Position numbers and translations under genes: made by a program | Source: Acholeplasmataceae bacterium | GTDB taxonomy: Bacteria > Bacillota_I > Bacilli_A > Acholeplasmatales > Acholeplasmataceae | Length of the DNA stretch: 64,000 bases | Reading direction: 5' to 3' | NCBI GenBank assembly: GCA_963675245.1 | Contig: OY775910.1 | Location: 1,344,001-1,408,000, forward strand | Shown here: piece after piece, positions 40,274 through 49,623 of the stretch | Numbering within the stretch: the first letter of the stretch is position 1 | How the letters are laid out: each line of letters opens with the position of its first letter | Notes under the pieces: model-generated | Databases searched by the model: none | Seen by the model: only the letters and a program-made list of their open reading frames with translations | What the model was told of the DNA's origin: nothing

Positions 40274-42262
40274 ATGACAGTATTAGGTTGGATTGTTATC
40301 AGTGTCTTTAGTGTTTTAGCGTTATTAATTACGACAAAAGCAATTGTGGAATTTATTTGGAATAGAAGATTAAATGCATTTAAAGTAAGTGAACATATAT
40401 CAAAAGTTAAAATGCCTGTTGAAAGATGGGTTAAGTACGGGTATAGTTTGGCATTAAGTGCCGCTGTTATCGTCGTATCTGTATTTTCTGGTATGTTCTC
40501 ACCTGTTGTACCACTTGGTGATAAAACGTTAGTTAACGCGAACAGAGTGGGCAATGAAGTCACTTTAAATCATTTAATCAATGATTATCTACGTGATTCA
40601 GGTAATTATAATTATTATCCTGAGTTTGGCGCAGAAGATTTAGCAGATGTTCCGACTGCAGAATCAAGAGATCACACAGATACCAATGTGCAAGTTGAAG
40701 GTGTGGATGAAGGTGATGTATTAAAGACGGATGGTTATCGTGTTTTTTATGCACCAAGATATTATAACGTGATTGAAGTGTTAGATATTGAAGATGATCA
40801 CACGATGACACATGTTGAATCAATGGTCATTGATGACTTTAGAGTGGATTCTCTTTATTTAACTGATGACTACTTGGTAGTCATTGGGTATCGATATGAA
40901 GAAATGATTTATCCGATGGATACACTTGATATGTATTGGGGATTTTACTTCTATGAGCAAACAGCATCAATTATCGTTTTCGATACGGATACACTTGAGG
41001 AAGTATATCGATTAGAAACAGATTTATCATTTATTGATCATCGTTTGATTGATAATACACTTTATATTGTCTCTACAAAATGGTTTTACATCGATCAAGA
41101 ACCAAGACCTGAATTCGATGAAACCGTTAATGGCGAAACATCAAAAAGCTATTTGAGTTATATGGATATGTATTATTTTGATGATGTACCAGCATCTTCA
41201 ATGACGGTGATTACATCTCTTGATTTAAATACGTTTACACAAAGTTCTCAAGGGTTTATTGGAGCAACCTCTCAAATTTACGTCACTGAAAATTCGATTT
41301 ATTCATATTACACGAATTATAATTATACCGAAACAGCTGAAGGATATGATTATAACATTGAAACAAATATTGTAAAATACCATATTAATCAAGAAAATCA
41401 AACGATCGATTACGTGGCATCCACTAGTATTGAAGGTATCGTTGAAGATCGTTACTGGTTAGACGAATCAGGAGATTATCTACGGGTTGTTACAAGTCGT
41501 TCTTGGTGGGGAAATGATTTGCAGAATAGTCTTTATATTTTAAAAGAAAACCCCGAAACAGACACGTTTGATTTAGTGTCACTCATCGATGAAAACATTG
41601 GTCATGAAAATGAACATGTTGAATCTGTTCGTTTCCATGGTGATTATGTCAATATCGTGACATTTGAAAGAACGGATCCTTTATACACGTTTGATTTATC
41701 AGATCCAGAAAATCCTGTCATGTTAGATAATCCTATTGAAGAAGCTGGTTATAGTGAATATCTTCATATCTGGGATCAATCAAATCATGTGTTAGGTTTA
41801 GGCTTTCTAGATGCTAATGAAGATGGTAGAATCGATGGTATGAAATTATCTGCATATGACACAAATACTGGCACAATTCTTGATACAGATCCATATCCAT
41901 ATGAAGATGGTACTGGATGGCGTTATAGTTACACAGAAGCGATGTATAATCCGAAGGCACTCATGGTTAGTGTAGATTTAGGTTTATTTGGATTCCCAAT
42001 GGTTTCATATCATTATGATAATGAAACATATAATTATACGTATCATACATCATTTGTAGTCTATCAAATTGACTTTAGTCAAAATAATGTTTTAGGTGAA
42101 CCGATTATTATTGAACATGAATCAACTGACTGGTATAACCAAGTTGATCGTGGTGTGTATATTGATGGGTATATCTATACATTCTCAGCACATGAAATCC
42201 TCAGTTACAATTTATCTACAGAATTGTCCTTTGAACAATTGTTTATTAATTATGAACAATAA
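40274..42262 (+). CDS. Membrane-anchored protein with extracellular beta-propeller domain
   Basis: Two N-terminal TMs; TNVQVEGVDEGDVLKTDG, VTFERTDPLY..DLSDP.NP, GYSEYLH. Confidence 0.88.
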   Translation: MTVLGWIVISVFSVLALLITTKAIVEFIWNRRLNAFKVSEHISKVKMPVERWVKYGYSLALSAAVIVVSVFSGMFSPVVPLGDKTLVNANRVGNEVTLNHLINDYLRDSGNYNYYPEFGAEDLADVPTAESRDHTDTNVQVEGVDEGDVLKTDGYRVFYAPRYYNVIEVLDIEDDHTMTHVESMVIDDFRVDSLYLTDDYLVVIGYRYEEMIYPMDTLDMYWGFYFYEQTASIIVFDTDTLEEVYRLETDLSFIDHRLIDNTLYIVSTKWFYIDQEPRPEFDETVNGETSKSYLSYMDMYYFDDVPASSMTVITSLDLNTFTQSSQGFIGATSQIYVTENSIYSYYTNYNYTETAEGYDYNIETNIVKYHINQENQTIDYVASTSIEGIVEDRYWLDESGDYLRVVTSRSWWGNDLQNSLYILKENPETDTFDLVSLIDENIGHENEHVESVRFHGDYVNIVTFERTDPLYTFDLSDPENPVMLDNPIEEAGYSEYLHIWDQSNHVLGLGFLDANEDGRIDGMKLSAYDTNTGTILDTDPYPYEDGTGWRYSYTEAMYNPKALMVSVDLGLFGFPMVSYHYDNETYNYTYHTSFVVYQIDFSQNNVLGEPIIIEHESTDWYNQVDRGVYIDGYIYTFSAHEILSYNLSTELSFEQLFINYEQ

Positions 42263-42352
42263 ATTGAGAATGTAAAGATTTTATAAAGGAAGGTTATTCT
42301 AGCCTTCCTTTTTGTTTTCCGTATGGTAAGATATGTATGAAGAGGTGTATGT

Positions 42353-42775
42353 ATGAAAAAAGTTATCGTTGGCTATGTGTGTGTTCATAACAGTTGCAGA
42401 AGCCAAATGGCAGAAGCATTAACAAAAAAATATTACGGTGATTTCTTTGAAGTCTACAGTGGTGGCACTGAAACAAAACCACAAATCAACCAAGATGCCG
42501 TTAAGACTATTTTGACTTATCATGATATTGATATGAATCAAACGCAACGTTCAAAATTGATTGATGAATTACCACCACAACTCGACGTTTTGGTGACGAT
42601 GGGGTGTGCTGTTGAATGTCCTTTTATACCCACAAAACATAGAGAAGACTGGGGATTAGATGATCCTACAGGACATCCAGAGCAGGCATTTGTTGATACA
42701 ATGCATCTGATTGAAGATAAGATTAAAAATCTAAAAAAACGTATTGAAAATAAAGAAATTAATTTAGATGAATAA
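42353..42775 (+). CDS. arsC: Arsenate reductase, LMW-PTP family
   Basis: CVHNSCRSQMAE, TMGC..CP, WGLDDP. Confidence 0.9.
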   Translation: MKKVIVGYVCVHNSCRSQMAEALTKKYYGDFFEVYSGGTETKPQINQDAVKTILTYHDIDMNQTQRSKLIDELPPQLDVLVTMGCAVECPFIPTKHREDWGLDDPTGHPEQAFVDTMHLIEDKIKNLKKRIENKEINLDE

Positions 42776-42844
42776 GGCGATAAAATCGCCTTTTCTTTTA
42801 TGATATAATGTGTGTATACATAAAAAAGAAAAGAGGTAATTCTT

Positions 42845-43804
42845 ATGAAAGATCTCATCATTATAGGTGCTGGACCAGTTGGCTTATATGCTGGATTTTG
42901 TGCGGGATTAAGAAAGCTTGACGCGATGATTTTAGAATCATCATATGAAACAGGAGGGCAACTTTCTTTATATCAAGAAAAAGATATTTTAGATGTCCCT
43001 GGATTTACAAGTATTAAAGCAAAAGATTTAGGACAAGCATTACTTAAACAATACAAGACTTATGAAAAAGATGTGCCATTACACATTGGTGAAGATGTCT
43101 TAGAAATTCAAAAAACAGAAACACATTTTGAAGTAAAAACAGATAAGGGTAACTACCAATCCAAAAAGATTTTAATCGCTAATGGTGGTGGTAAGTTTTC
43201 ACCTCGTCTCGTTGAAGGGTTAGAAGCTTCAAATTTGTATTATCATATTTATAAAGTCAGTGAATTTCATGGTCAAAATGTCGCGGTTCTAGGTGGTGGT
43301 GATTCGGCTGTTGATTGGGCAATCGCGCTACTTGAAGAAGCGAAATCTGTGACCTTGATTCATCGTAGAGAAGAATTTAGAGCACATCAATCCTCACTGG
43401 ATATCTTTAAACAACGTGGTGGTAAGATTATCACCAATCATATCGTATGGGAATACGTGATGGACGAACGTCATATCACGTCATTAAAGCTTATGTGTAA
43501 TGCCGATGAGTGTGTTAGAGCAATTAAGGTTGATGCTGTATGTGTTTTTTTTGGGCTTGCGAAAACAAAAGTAAATTATGCACCATGGCAAGTTGAATTT
43601 GACCACAAAGGTATTCGTGTTAATCAAGAGATGGAGTCATCTATTAAAGGTATTTACGCAGTTGGTAATGCAGCATCTTATGAGGGTAAGCAAGATATGC
43701 TTACCAGTGGGTTTGGAGAGGTTGTTACGGCAATAGGTGCGATTAATTTCGCGATTCATCCTGAACAAAAAGTACCGAGATACTCTTCAATGTTGAAGAA
43801 ATAG
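42845..43804 (+). CDS. TrxB-fold FAD oxidoreductase, probably ferredoxin-NADP reductase (YumC-like)
   Basis: GAGPVG, GGGDSAVDWA, HRR..FRAH; lacks the TrxR CxxC. Confidence 0.85.
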   Translation: MKDLIIIGAGPVGLYAGFCAGLRKLDAMILESSYETGGQLSLYQEKDILDVPGFTSIKAKDLGQALLKQYKTYEKDVPLHIGEDVLEIQKTETHFEVKTDKGNYQSKKILIANGGGKFSPRLVEGLEASNLYYHIYKVSEFHGQNVAVLGGGDSAVDWAIALLEEAKSVTLIHRREEFRAHQSSLDIFKQRGGKIITNHIVWEYVMDERHITSLKLMCNADECVRAIKVDAVCVFFGLAKTKVNYAPWQVEFDHKGIRVNQEMESSIKGIYAVGNAASYEGKQDMLTSGFGEVVTAIGAINFAIHPEQKVPRYSSMLKK

Positions 43805-43813
43805 AGGGTTATT

Positions 43814-44377
43814 ATGTGGGACATTATTGTTAATTTTTTTACAGCTGCACCATGGTGGGAATTGTTACTTATATTTTTTGCTAAGCTGGTTGAAGTAACC
43901 ATTGGTACGATGCGCATTATTCTCATATCTAAAGGTTATCGTAAGCCGGGTACGATTTTAGCTATTTTCGAGATTTTATTATGGGTCTTTGTTGCATCAT
44001 CAGTGATTAGTGGTATTTTAGAAGCACCTATTAAAGGGGTTGTTTATTCACTTGGTTTTGCAGTTGGTGTTTATATTGGGTCTTTAATTGAAGGAAGACT
44101 TGCGATTGGTCGTATGATTATTCATGTCATTACATCTGTTAAAAATGCACCTTTAATCACGAGTGTCCTAAGAGAACAAGGACATGGGGTTACTGAAATC
44201 AACGCGAAAGGTAAACAATCTGATCGCATAGTATTGTTGTTATTTGTGAACCGTAAAAATAGACCAATTGTCATGAAATTAATTGAAGAGACAGATCCTA
44301 AAGCTGTTATAGCAGCAAATGAAGTCTCATTAATTCAAGGTGGCTTTGTCAGTCCTTGGCGAAAACTCGCAAAATAA
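43814..44377 (+). CDS. UPF0316/DUF5698-DUF2179 membrane protein
   Basis: IFFAK.VEV.IGT.R, FEILLW, LRE.G.GVT. Confidence 0.85.
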   Translation: MWDIIVNFFTAAPWWELLLIFFAKLVEVTIGTMRIILISKGYRKPGTILAIFEILLWVFVASSVISGILEAPIKGVVYSLGFAVGVYIGSLIEGRLAIGRMIIHVITSVKNAPLITSVLREQGHGVTEINAKGKQSDRIVLLLFVNRKNRPIVMKLIEETDPKAVIAANEVSLIQGGFVSPWRKLAK

Positions 44378-44432
44378 TGATTGTAAGTTTTGGTTGCATT
44401 AATTAAATAAATATGTATAATAAATAGTGCAT

Positions 44433-44507
44433 GGAGTTATAGCTCAGCGGGAGAGCACCTGCTTGACGTGCAGGGGGTCGTGGGTTCAATCCCCTCTAAC
44501 TCCACCA
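44433..44507 (+). tRNA. tRNA-Val(GAC)
   Basis: GGAGTTA/TAACTCC acceptor stem, CCTGC-TT-GAC-GT-GCAGG, CCA. Confidence 0.96.
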
Positions 44508-44598
44508 TGCACATATGTAAAACCTATGCAAATAGGTTTTTTCTTTCCATCTCTTCAGGGTTATAAGATTATGGCGTATTGTTAGAAAAAGGTGAATT

Positions 44599-45987
44599 AT
44601 GAATCAAGAACGTGAGCAGATGCTTGGTACTTTGAATGTAAAAAAATTGTTATTTAAACTTTCCGTTCCTGCAACATTTGGTATGGTTTTTAATGCTTTA
44701 TATAATTTGGTTGACACGATATTTGTTGCACGTGGTGTGAATGAATTAGCTATTGGTGCGCTAACATTCGCCTTCCCTGTACAAATGATTTTACTAGCAA
44801 TCGGATTAATGATTGGTATTGGTTCTGCATCGGTATATAGTCGTGCTTTTGGCAGAAAAGACTATGGAAAAATGGATAAAGCGGTAAATACAGCATTAGG
44901 TATCGATATTATTTTGGCTGGTATTATCATGCTTTTAGGTTATATCTTTTTAGATGATTTATTAAGATTCTTTGGTGCAACCGATATCAATATAGGTTAT
45001 GGTCGAGATTATTTAAGCATTATTTTATTAGGTTTATTACCTATGACATTATCGATGGTTTTAAACAATCTTAGTCGCGCTGAAGGAAGACCTCAAGTCG
45101 CGATGATTACGATGATCATCGGTGCAGGTTTGAATATCATATTAGATCCTATCTTTATTTTTGGATTTGGTATGGGTGTACAAGGCGCAGCTATAGCAAC
45201 TGTGATTGCACAAACTATGGCGTTTATATTCATTTTCACGACAACTTATGGCAAAAAATCATTATTGAAGATTCATATAACTCATTTCTTTAAATTCGAT
45301 TTTCCACTCATACGTGAAACCTTAAGTGTTGGTTTTCCAACATTCTTAAGAAACGCAACTGCTGCTGTATTAGTGATTATTATTAATCGTCTTATAAATC
45401 GATATGTAGCCGTTGATCCGGCATTAACGATATCGATTTATGGCATCATTAATCGCGTCATTAATTTCACGTTTATGCCTGCCTTTGGAATCATTCAGGG
45501 ATTGACACCAATAGTAAGTTATAATTATGGTGCGAAAAACTATAAGCGTCTAAAGGAAGCTATCACATTCGCAACTGAATTAATTGTTATTTATTTCATA
45601 TTAGGATTTGTGTTCGTCATGACTTTAGCACCTCAGATATTCTCGATTTTCTCTGAATCTAATAATCAAACCTTTATTAGTGACGGAGCACAGGCAATCA
45701 GAATCATATCAATTGGATTCTTATTGGTCGGTTTCCAAGTCATTGTTAGTTCTGTTATGCAAGCATTCGGATATCCTATAAGGGCACTTATTGTAACGAT
45801 ATCAAGACAGGTGATTTTCTTCATACCATTCGTTTATATTTTAACTGCCTTGTATGGCTCTGTAGGTATTTGGATTGCATTTCCTGCCGCTGATATCTTG
45901 GCAGGCATTGTAGGACTAGTGATATTAATATTAGAAATGAAACATATTCATAATAAATCGTTAGAAGAACATATCGCGTTCGCATAA
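44599..45987 (+). CDS. MATE family efflux transporter
   Basis: LYNLVDTIF, NIILDPIFIF, GAAIAT, YNYGA. Confidence 0.95.
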   Translation: MNQEREQMLGTLNVKKLLFKLSVPATFGMVFNALYNLVDTIFVARGVNELAIGALTFAFPVQMILLAIGLMIGIGSASVYSRAFGRKDYGKMDKAVNTALGIDIILAGIIMLLGYIFLDDLLRFFGATDINIGYGRDYLSIILLGLLPMTLSMVLNNLSRAEGRPQVAMITMIIGAGLNIILDPIFIFGFGMGVQGAAIATVIAQTMAFIFIFTTTYGKKSLLKIHITHFFKFDFPLIRETLSVGFPTFLRNATAAVLVIIINRLINRYVAVDPALTISIYGIINRVINFTFMPAFGIIQGLTPIVSYNYGAKNYKRLKEAITFATELIVIYFILGFVFVMTLAPQIFSIFSESNNQTFISDGAQAIRIISIGFLLVGFQVIVSSVMQAFGYPIRALIVTISRQVIFFIPFVYILTALYGSVGIWIAFPAADILAGIVGLVILILEMKHIHNKSLEEHIAFA

Positions 45988-45997
45988 AAAAAAGGCT

Positions 45998-46321
45998 TTA
46001 AGCCTCTTCAACCCAATTTTGACTCCATTGATCAATGGCATCCATGACTGGTTTAAGAGCATAGCCTTTTTTTGTTAATGCATATTCAACCCGAACCGGT
46101 ACTTCAGCATACACCGTACGCGTTATGATATCTTCAGCTTCTAATTCTTTTAAACGTTCAGAGAGAACTTTTCCACTCACTTGGATTTCTGATTCCAATA
46201 AACTAAATCGCTTAGCACCTTCCATCAGTTGATTAATGATTAGTCCAACCCAACGTTTGGATAATAATGTGCTTGCTTTTTCAAATTTGACACAAATAAC
46301 AGGTTCCACCATCGTCATCAC
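45998..46321 (-). CDS. HxlR-family winged-HTH regulator
   Basis: N-terminal Cys, KVLSERLKELE, VPVRVEYALT. Confidence 0.93.
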   Translation of the reverse strand: MMTMVEPVICVKFEKASTLLSKRWVGLIINQLMEGAKRFSLLESEIQVSGKVLSERLKELEAEDIITRTVYAEVPVRVEYALTKKGYALKPVMDAIDQWSQNWVEEA

Positions 46322-46422
46322 CTCTTATATTTATCTTAGCATAAAACTTTTTATAAGCAAATGATTTTACATTATCAAGTAACAAATATATAATAGGTTA
46401 CGTAAAGTAAGTAAAGGAGGTC

Positions 46423-46965
46423 ATGATGATGACAAACACTTTAAAAATAGGTATTATATTAGGTTCAACAAGAGAAGGACGTGTTTCACCACAAGTTGGT
46501 GAGTGGGTTAAAGAACAAAGTTTAACACGCGATGCATCATATGAAGTTGTCGATATTAGAGATTTCAATCTTCCATTATTGGGTGAAGATGGTGATCTAT
46601 CAGGAACTAAAAAGTGGCAAGCTAAAATTGCTGAATTAGACGGTTATATATTCATTACTCAAGAATATAATCATGGATTAGCTGCATCATTAAAGAATGC
46701 GCTTGATTACTTGACTAGTGAATGGAACAATAAAGCAGCAGGCATCGTCTCATATGGTTCAATTGGTGGCGCAAGAGCAGCAGAACACTTAAGAGGTGTA
46801 TTAGGAGAATTGCAAGTAGCTGATGTTCGTACTCAAGTATTGCTCTCTTTATTCACTGATTTTGATAATGGGGCATTTAAACCACAAGATTTACACTTAA
46901 CCAATTTAAACACATTATTTGATCAAGTTGAAACATGGGCAACTGCTCTAAAAGCAATTCGCTAA
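46423..46965 (+). CDS. NADPH-dependent FMN reductase
   Basis: GSTREGR, EYNHG, LKNALD, SYGSIGG. Confidence 0.93.
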   Translation: MMMTNTLKIGIILGSTREGRVSPQVGEWVKEQSLTRDASYEVVDIRDFNLPLLGEDGDLSGTKKWQAKIAELDGYIFITQEYNHGLAASLKNALDYLTSEWNNKAAGIVSYGSIGGARAAEHLRGVLGELQVADVRTQVLLSLFTDFDNGAFKPQDLHLTNLNTLFDQVETWATALKAIR

Positions 46966-47066
46966 TAACATCTTTATAGATGATTATGATAGCACTCGTT
47001 AGTTAATACTAACGGGTTTTGTTTTTTATATTGACATGTAAATGATAAGTGCTATAATGATTTAGT

Positions 47067-48479
47067 ATGGAAAACACTATAACAAAAGATGAGAAGAAAC
47101 GTCGGTTAATATTATATGATAAGAATATTTATAAAGGTCTTATCATCATGGCATTACCGCTCATGCTTAACAATTTTATAAAGACGATTCATGACATTAT
47201 TGACATGTTTTTCGTCGGTCGAATACCTGGTTCTGGCATTGAAGCGATTAATTCAATTCAACTGACATTTCCTGTCTTTTTTACATTCATTTCTCTGGGT
47301 ATTGGGTTATCAGCAGCAGGGACAGCAATTGTTAGTCAACTTGTAGGTGCGGGTCAAATGGAAAAAGCGAAACAATATGCTGGAAATTTACTTATTATCG
47401 CGATTGTATTAGGCGTATTACTCAATGTGTTCGCTTTCTTTGTTGGTCCTGAAATCATGCGTTTAATGGGTGCAGAAGGTTTTGTATTGCAAGAAAGCTC
47501 TACATATATTAGAATTAGATCATTTGAATTAATATTTGTCTTCTTATTCTTCGCGTTTACTGCCATCAGACAAGCCAGTGGTGATACAGTGACTGCGGTC
47601 ATCTATGGTGTCATTACAGTCATTGTTAATATCGTTTTATCACCAACACTTATTCAAGTGTTTCATATGGGTGTATCTGGTGCGGCTTACGCGACATTAG
47701 CAGCGAATATTTTAATCGTTCCATTCTTTGCTAGACAATTATTTGTGAATAAAACAGGCATTACAATCACTATATCGGATCTAAAAACAAGATGGGACCA
47801 AACAAGAGAGTTGATTAGAACAGCTATACCTGCATCACTTGGTCAATCAATTACGGCAATTGGATTTATCATTATTAATACGATTATTTATACGTTTGGC
47901 GATCAAGTATTAGCAGCCTTTACAGTCGGTAATAGAATCAATTCTATGATTCTACATCCTGTTATGGCAATTGGTGGTGTTGTTGCTGCTTATATTGGTC
48001 AAAATATTGGTAATAATAACCCTCAAAGAGCACGTGAAACATTCAAGAAAGCCATGATATTATCAGTAGGAATTTCAGTCTTTTTTACGGTCTTATTCAT
48101 GTTTCTTAGAACACCGCTAGTATCGATCTTTTTAAAAGAAGATCCAGAAGCCGTTAAACTAGCTTCCCAATATATGATCTATGTTTTATCAAGTATTCCT
48201 TTAATGGCAATTTTTCAGACATTTGTTGGTACATTTAATGGGAATGGAAGAACTGGATTTACATTCTTAATATCGATAACGAGATTATGGGTTTTACGCA
48301 TTCCTATTGTCTTATTATTTACCTATGTTACACAGATTGGTGCTTCTGGAATTTGGATCGCGATGACGATTTCAAATGTCGTGATTACAATTCCAGGAAT
48401 TATTCTTTATAAGCAGTTGAAGTTCTCACCAGTCGTTAAAACATTACGGACACGTGAACCACTTGAAAAAGTGGTATAA
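47067..48479 (+). CDS. MATE family efflux transporter
   Basis: DMFFVG, SQLVGAG, GAAYAT, GQNIG. Confidence 0.93.
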   Translation: MENTITKDEKKRRLILYDKNIYKGLIIMALPLMLNNFIKTIHDIIDMFFVGRIPGSGIEAINSIQLTFPVFFTFISLGIGLSAAGTAIVSQLVGAGQMEKAKQYAGNLLIIAIVLGVLLNVFAFFVGPEIMRLMGAEGFVLQESSTYIRIRSFELIFVFLFFAFTAIRQASGDTVTAVIYGVITVIVNIVLSPTLIQVFHMGVSGAAYATLAANILIVPFFARQLFVNKTGITITISDLKTRWDQTRELIRTAIPASLGQSITAIGFIIINTIIYTFGDQVLAAFTVGNRINSMILHPVMAIGGVVAAYIGQNIGNNNPQRARETFKKAMILSVGISVFFTVLFMFLRTPLVSIFLKEDPEAVKLASQYMIYVLSSIPLMAIFQTFVGTFNGNGRTGFTFLISITRLWVLRIPIVLLFTYVTQIGASGIWIAMTISNVVITIPGIILYKQLKFSPVVKTLRTREPLEKVV

Positions 48480-48497
48480 TCATCTTGGTGATAAGAC

Positions 48498-49025
48498 ATG
48501 AAAGAGAAACTTAAAAAAGCGAATACTATCTATAAAGGATCATTCATGAACGTCTATGAAGATGAGGTTATACTACCTGATAAAAAACTCGGAAAACGGC
48601 TTTATATAGGTCATCCTGGTGGTTCAGGTGTGCTTGCTATTACACCTGATGATAAGGTCATCTTAGTCAAACAATATCGATACGCAATTAAATCATATTT
48701 GATTGAAATACCTGCTGGAAAACATGATGCAAATGATGATCCATTTTTAACGGCTAAAAGAGAATTGGCTGAAGAGACAGGTTATACATCTGATGATATA
48801 TCTTATCTGACTGCGATTTATCCAACACCTGGTTATTCAGGTGAAATTATTACGATTTATCTTGCCAAAAACGCTTATTTGATGACCGAAAAAATCAAAG
48901 GCGATGACGATGAATTTATTACAGTTATGTGCTATGATAAAGCACAAGTCAATATGTTAATATCTTCAAATGAAGTCATTGATTCTAAGACGTTAATTGC
49001 ATTACAAATGTTTATGAATATGTAG
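48498..49025 (+). CDS. NUDIX hydrolase (ADP-ribose pyrophosphatase-like)
   Basis: Nudix box PAGK...TAKRELAEETGY, QYRYA. Confidence 0.93.
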   Translation: MKEKLKKANTIYKGSFMNVYEDEVILPDKKLGKRLYIGHPGGSGVLAITPDDKVILVKQYRYAIKSYLIEIPAGKHDANDDPFLTAKRELAEETGYTSDDISYLTAIYPTPGYSGEIITIYLAKNAYLMTEKIKGDDDEFITVMCYDKAQVNMLISSNEVIDSKTLIALQMFMNM

Positions 49026-49033
49026 GTGACAAG

Positions 49034-49492
49034 ATGATTGGATATTATAAAAGTCATATAGGTTATATCAAATATAGTTATGAAGGTCATACCATTTCTA
49101 GTATGTCATTTGTTGATGAAATACCACGTGAAATCACGTCAAATGATCTAATTAATCAATCCTTAGAGGCTTATTTTAATGGCATACAAAAAACGTTTAA
49201 TTTTTCCTATGATTTTACTGGATTTACTGCATTTCAAATAGATGTCTTTAAAGCTATGCTAAACATTCCTTTTGGCGAAACCAGAAGCTATGCACAAATT
49301 GCTAAAGCGATTGGTCGACCAAAAGCATTTCGAGCAGTAGGTCAAGCATGTAAAAGAAATCCAGTTGGTATAATGGTACCTTGTCATCGTGTGATTGGTA
49401 GTGACCACTCATTAACTGGTTACTCAGGAAAAGATTATATACATGTGAAAAAAATGTTGCTCGATTTAGAAAAAAAATATAGCACGACTTAA
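49034..49492 (+). CDS. ogt: Methylated-DNA-protein-cysteine methyltransferase
   Basis: RAVG.A..NP....PCHRV. Confidence 0.95.
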   Translation: MIGYYKSHIGYIKYSYEGHTISSMSFVDEIPREITSNDLINQSLEAYFNGIQKTFNFSYDFTGFTAFQIDVFKAMLNIPFGETRSYAQIAKAIGRPKAFRAVGQACKRNPVGIMVPCHRVIGSDHSLTGYSGKDYIHVKKMLLDLEKKYSTT

Positions 49493-49623
49493 TAATATAT
49501 TATTAACGGTCTTCGGACCGTCTTTTTTTTATATAAATAAGATTGAATTGACTTTTTTTTAAAGAACTTGTGTGATATATTTAAGATGTAATCGTTTCAA
49601 TCAGGTCGAGAAGGATCGTTTCA

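Noticed and set aside
42845..43804. Thioredoxin reductase trxB
   Set aside because: Lacks the redox-active CxxC; motifs fit ferredoxin-NADP reductase type
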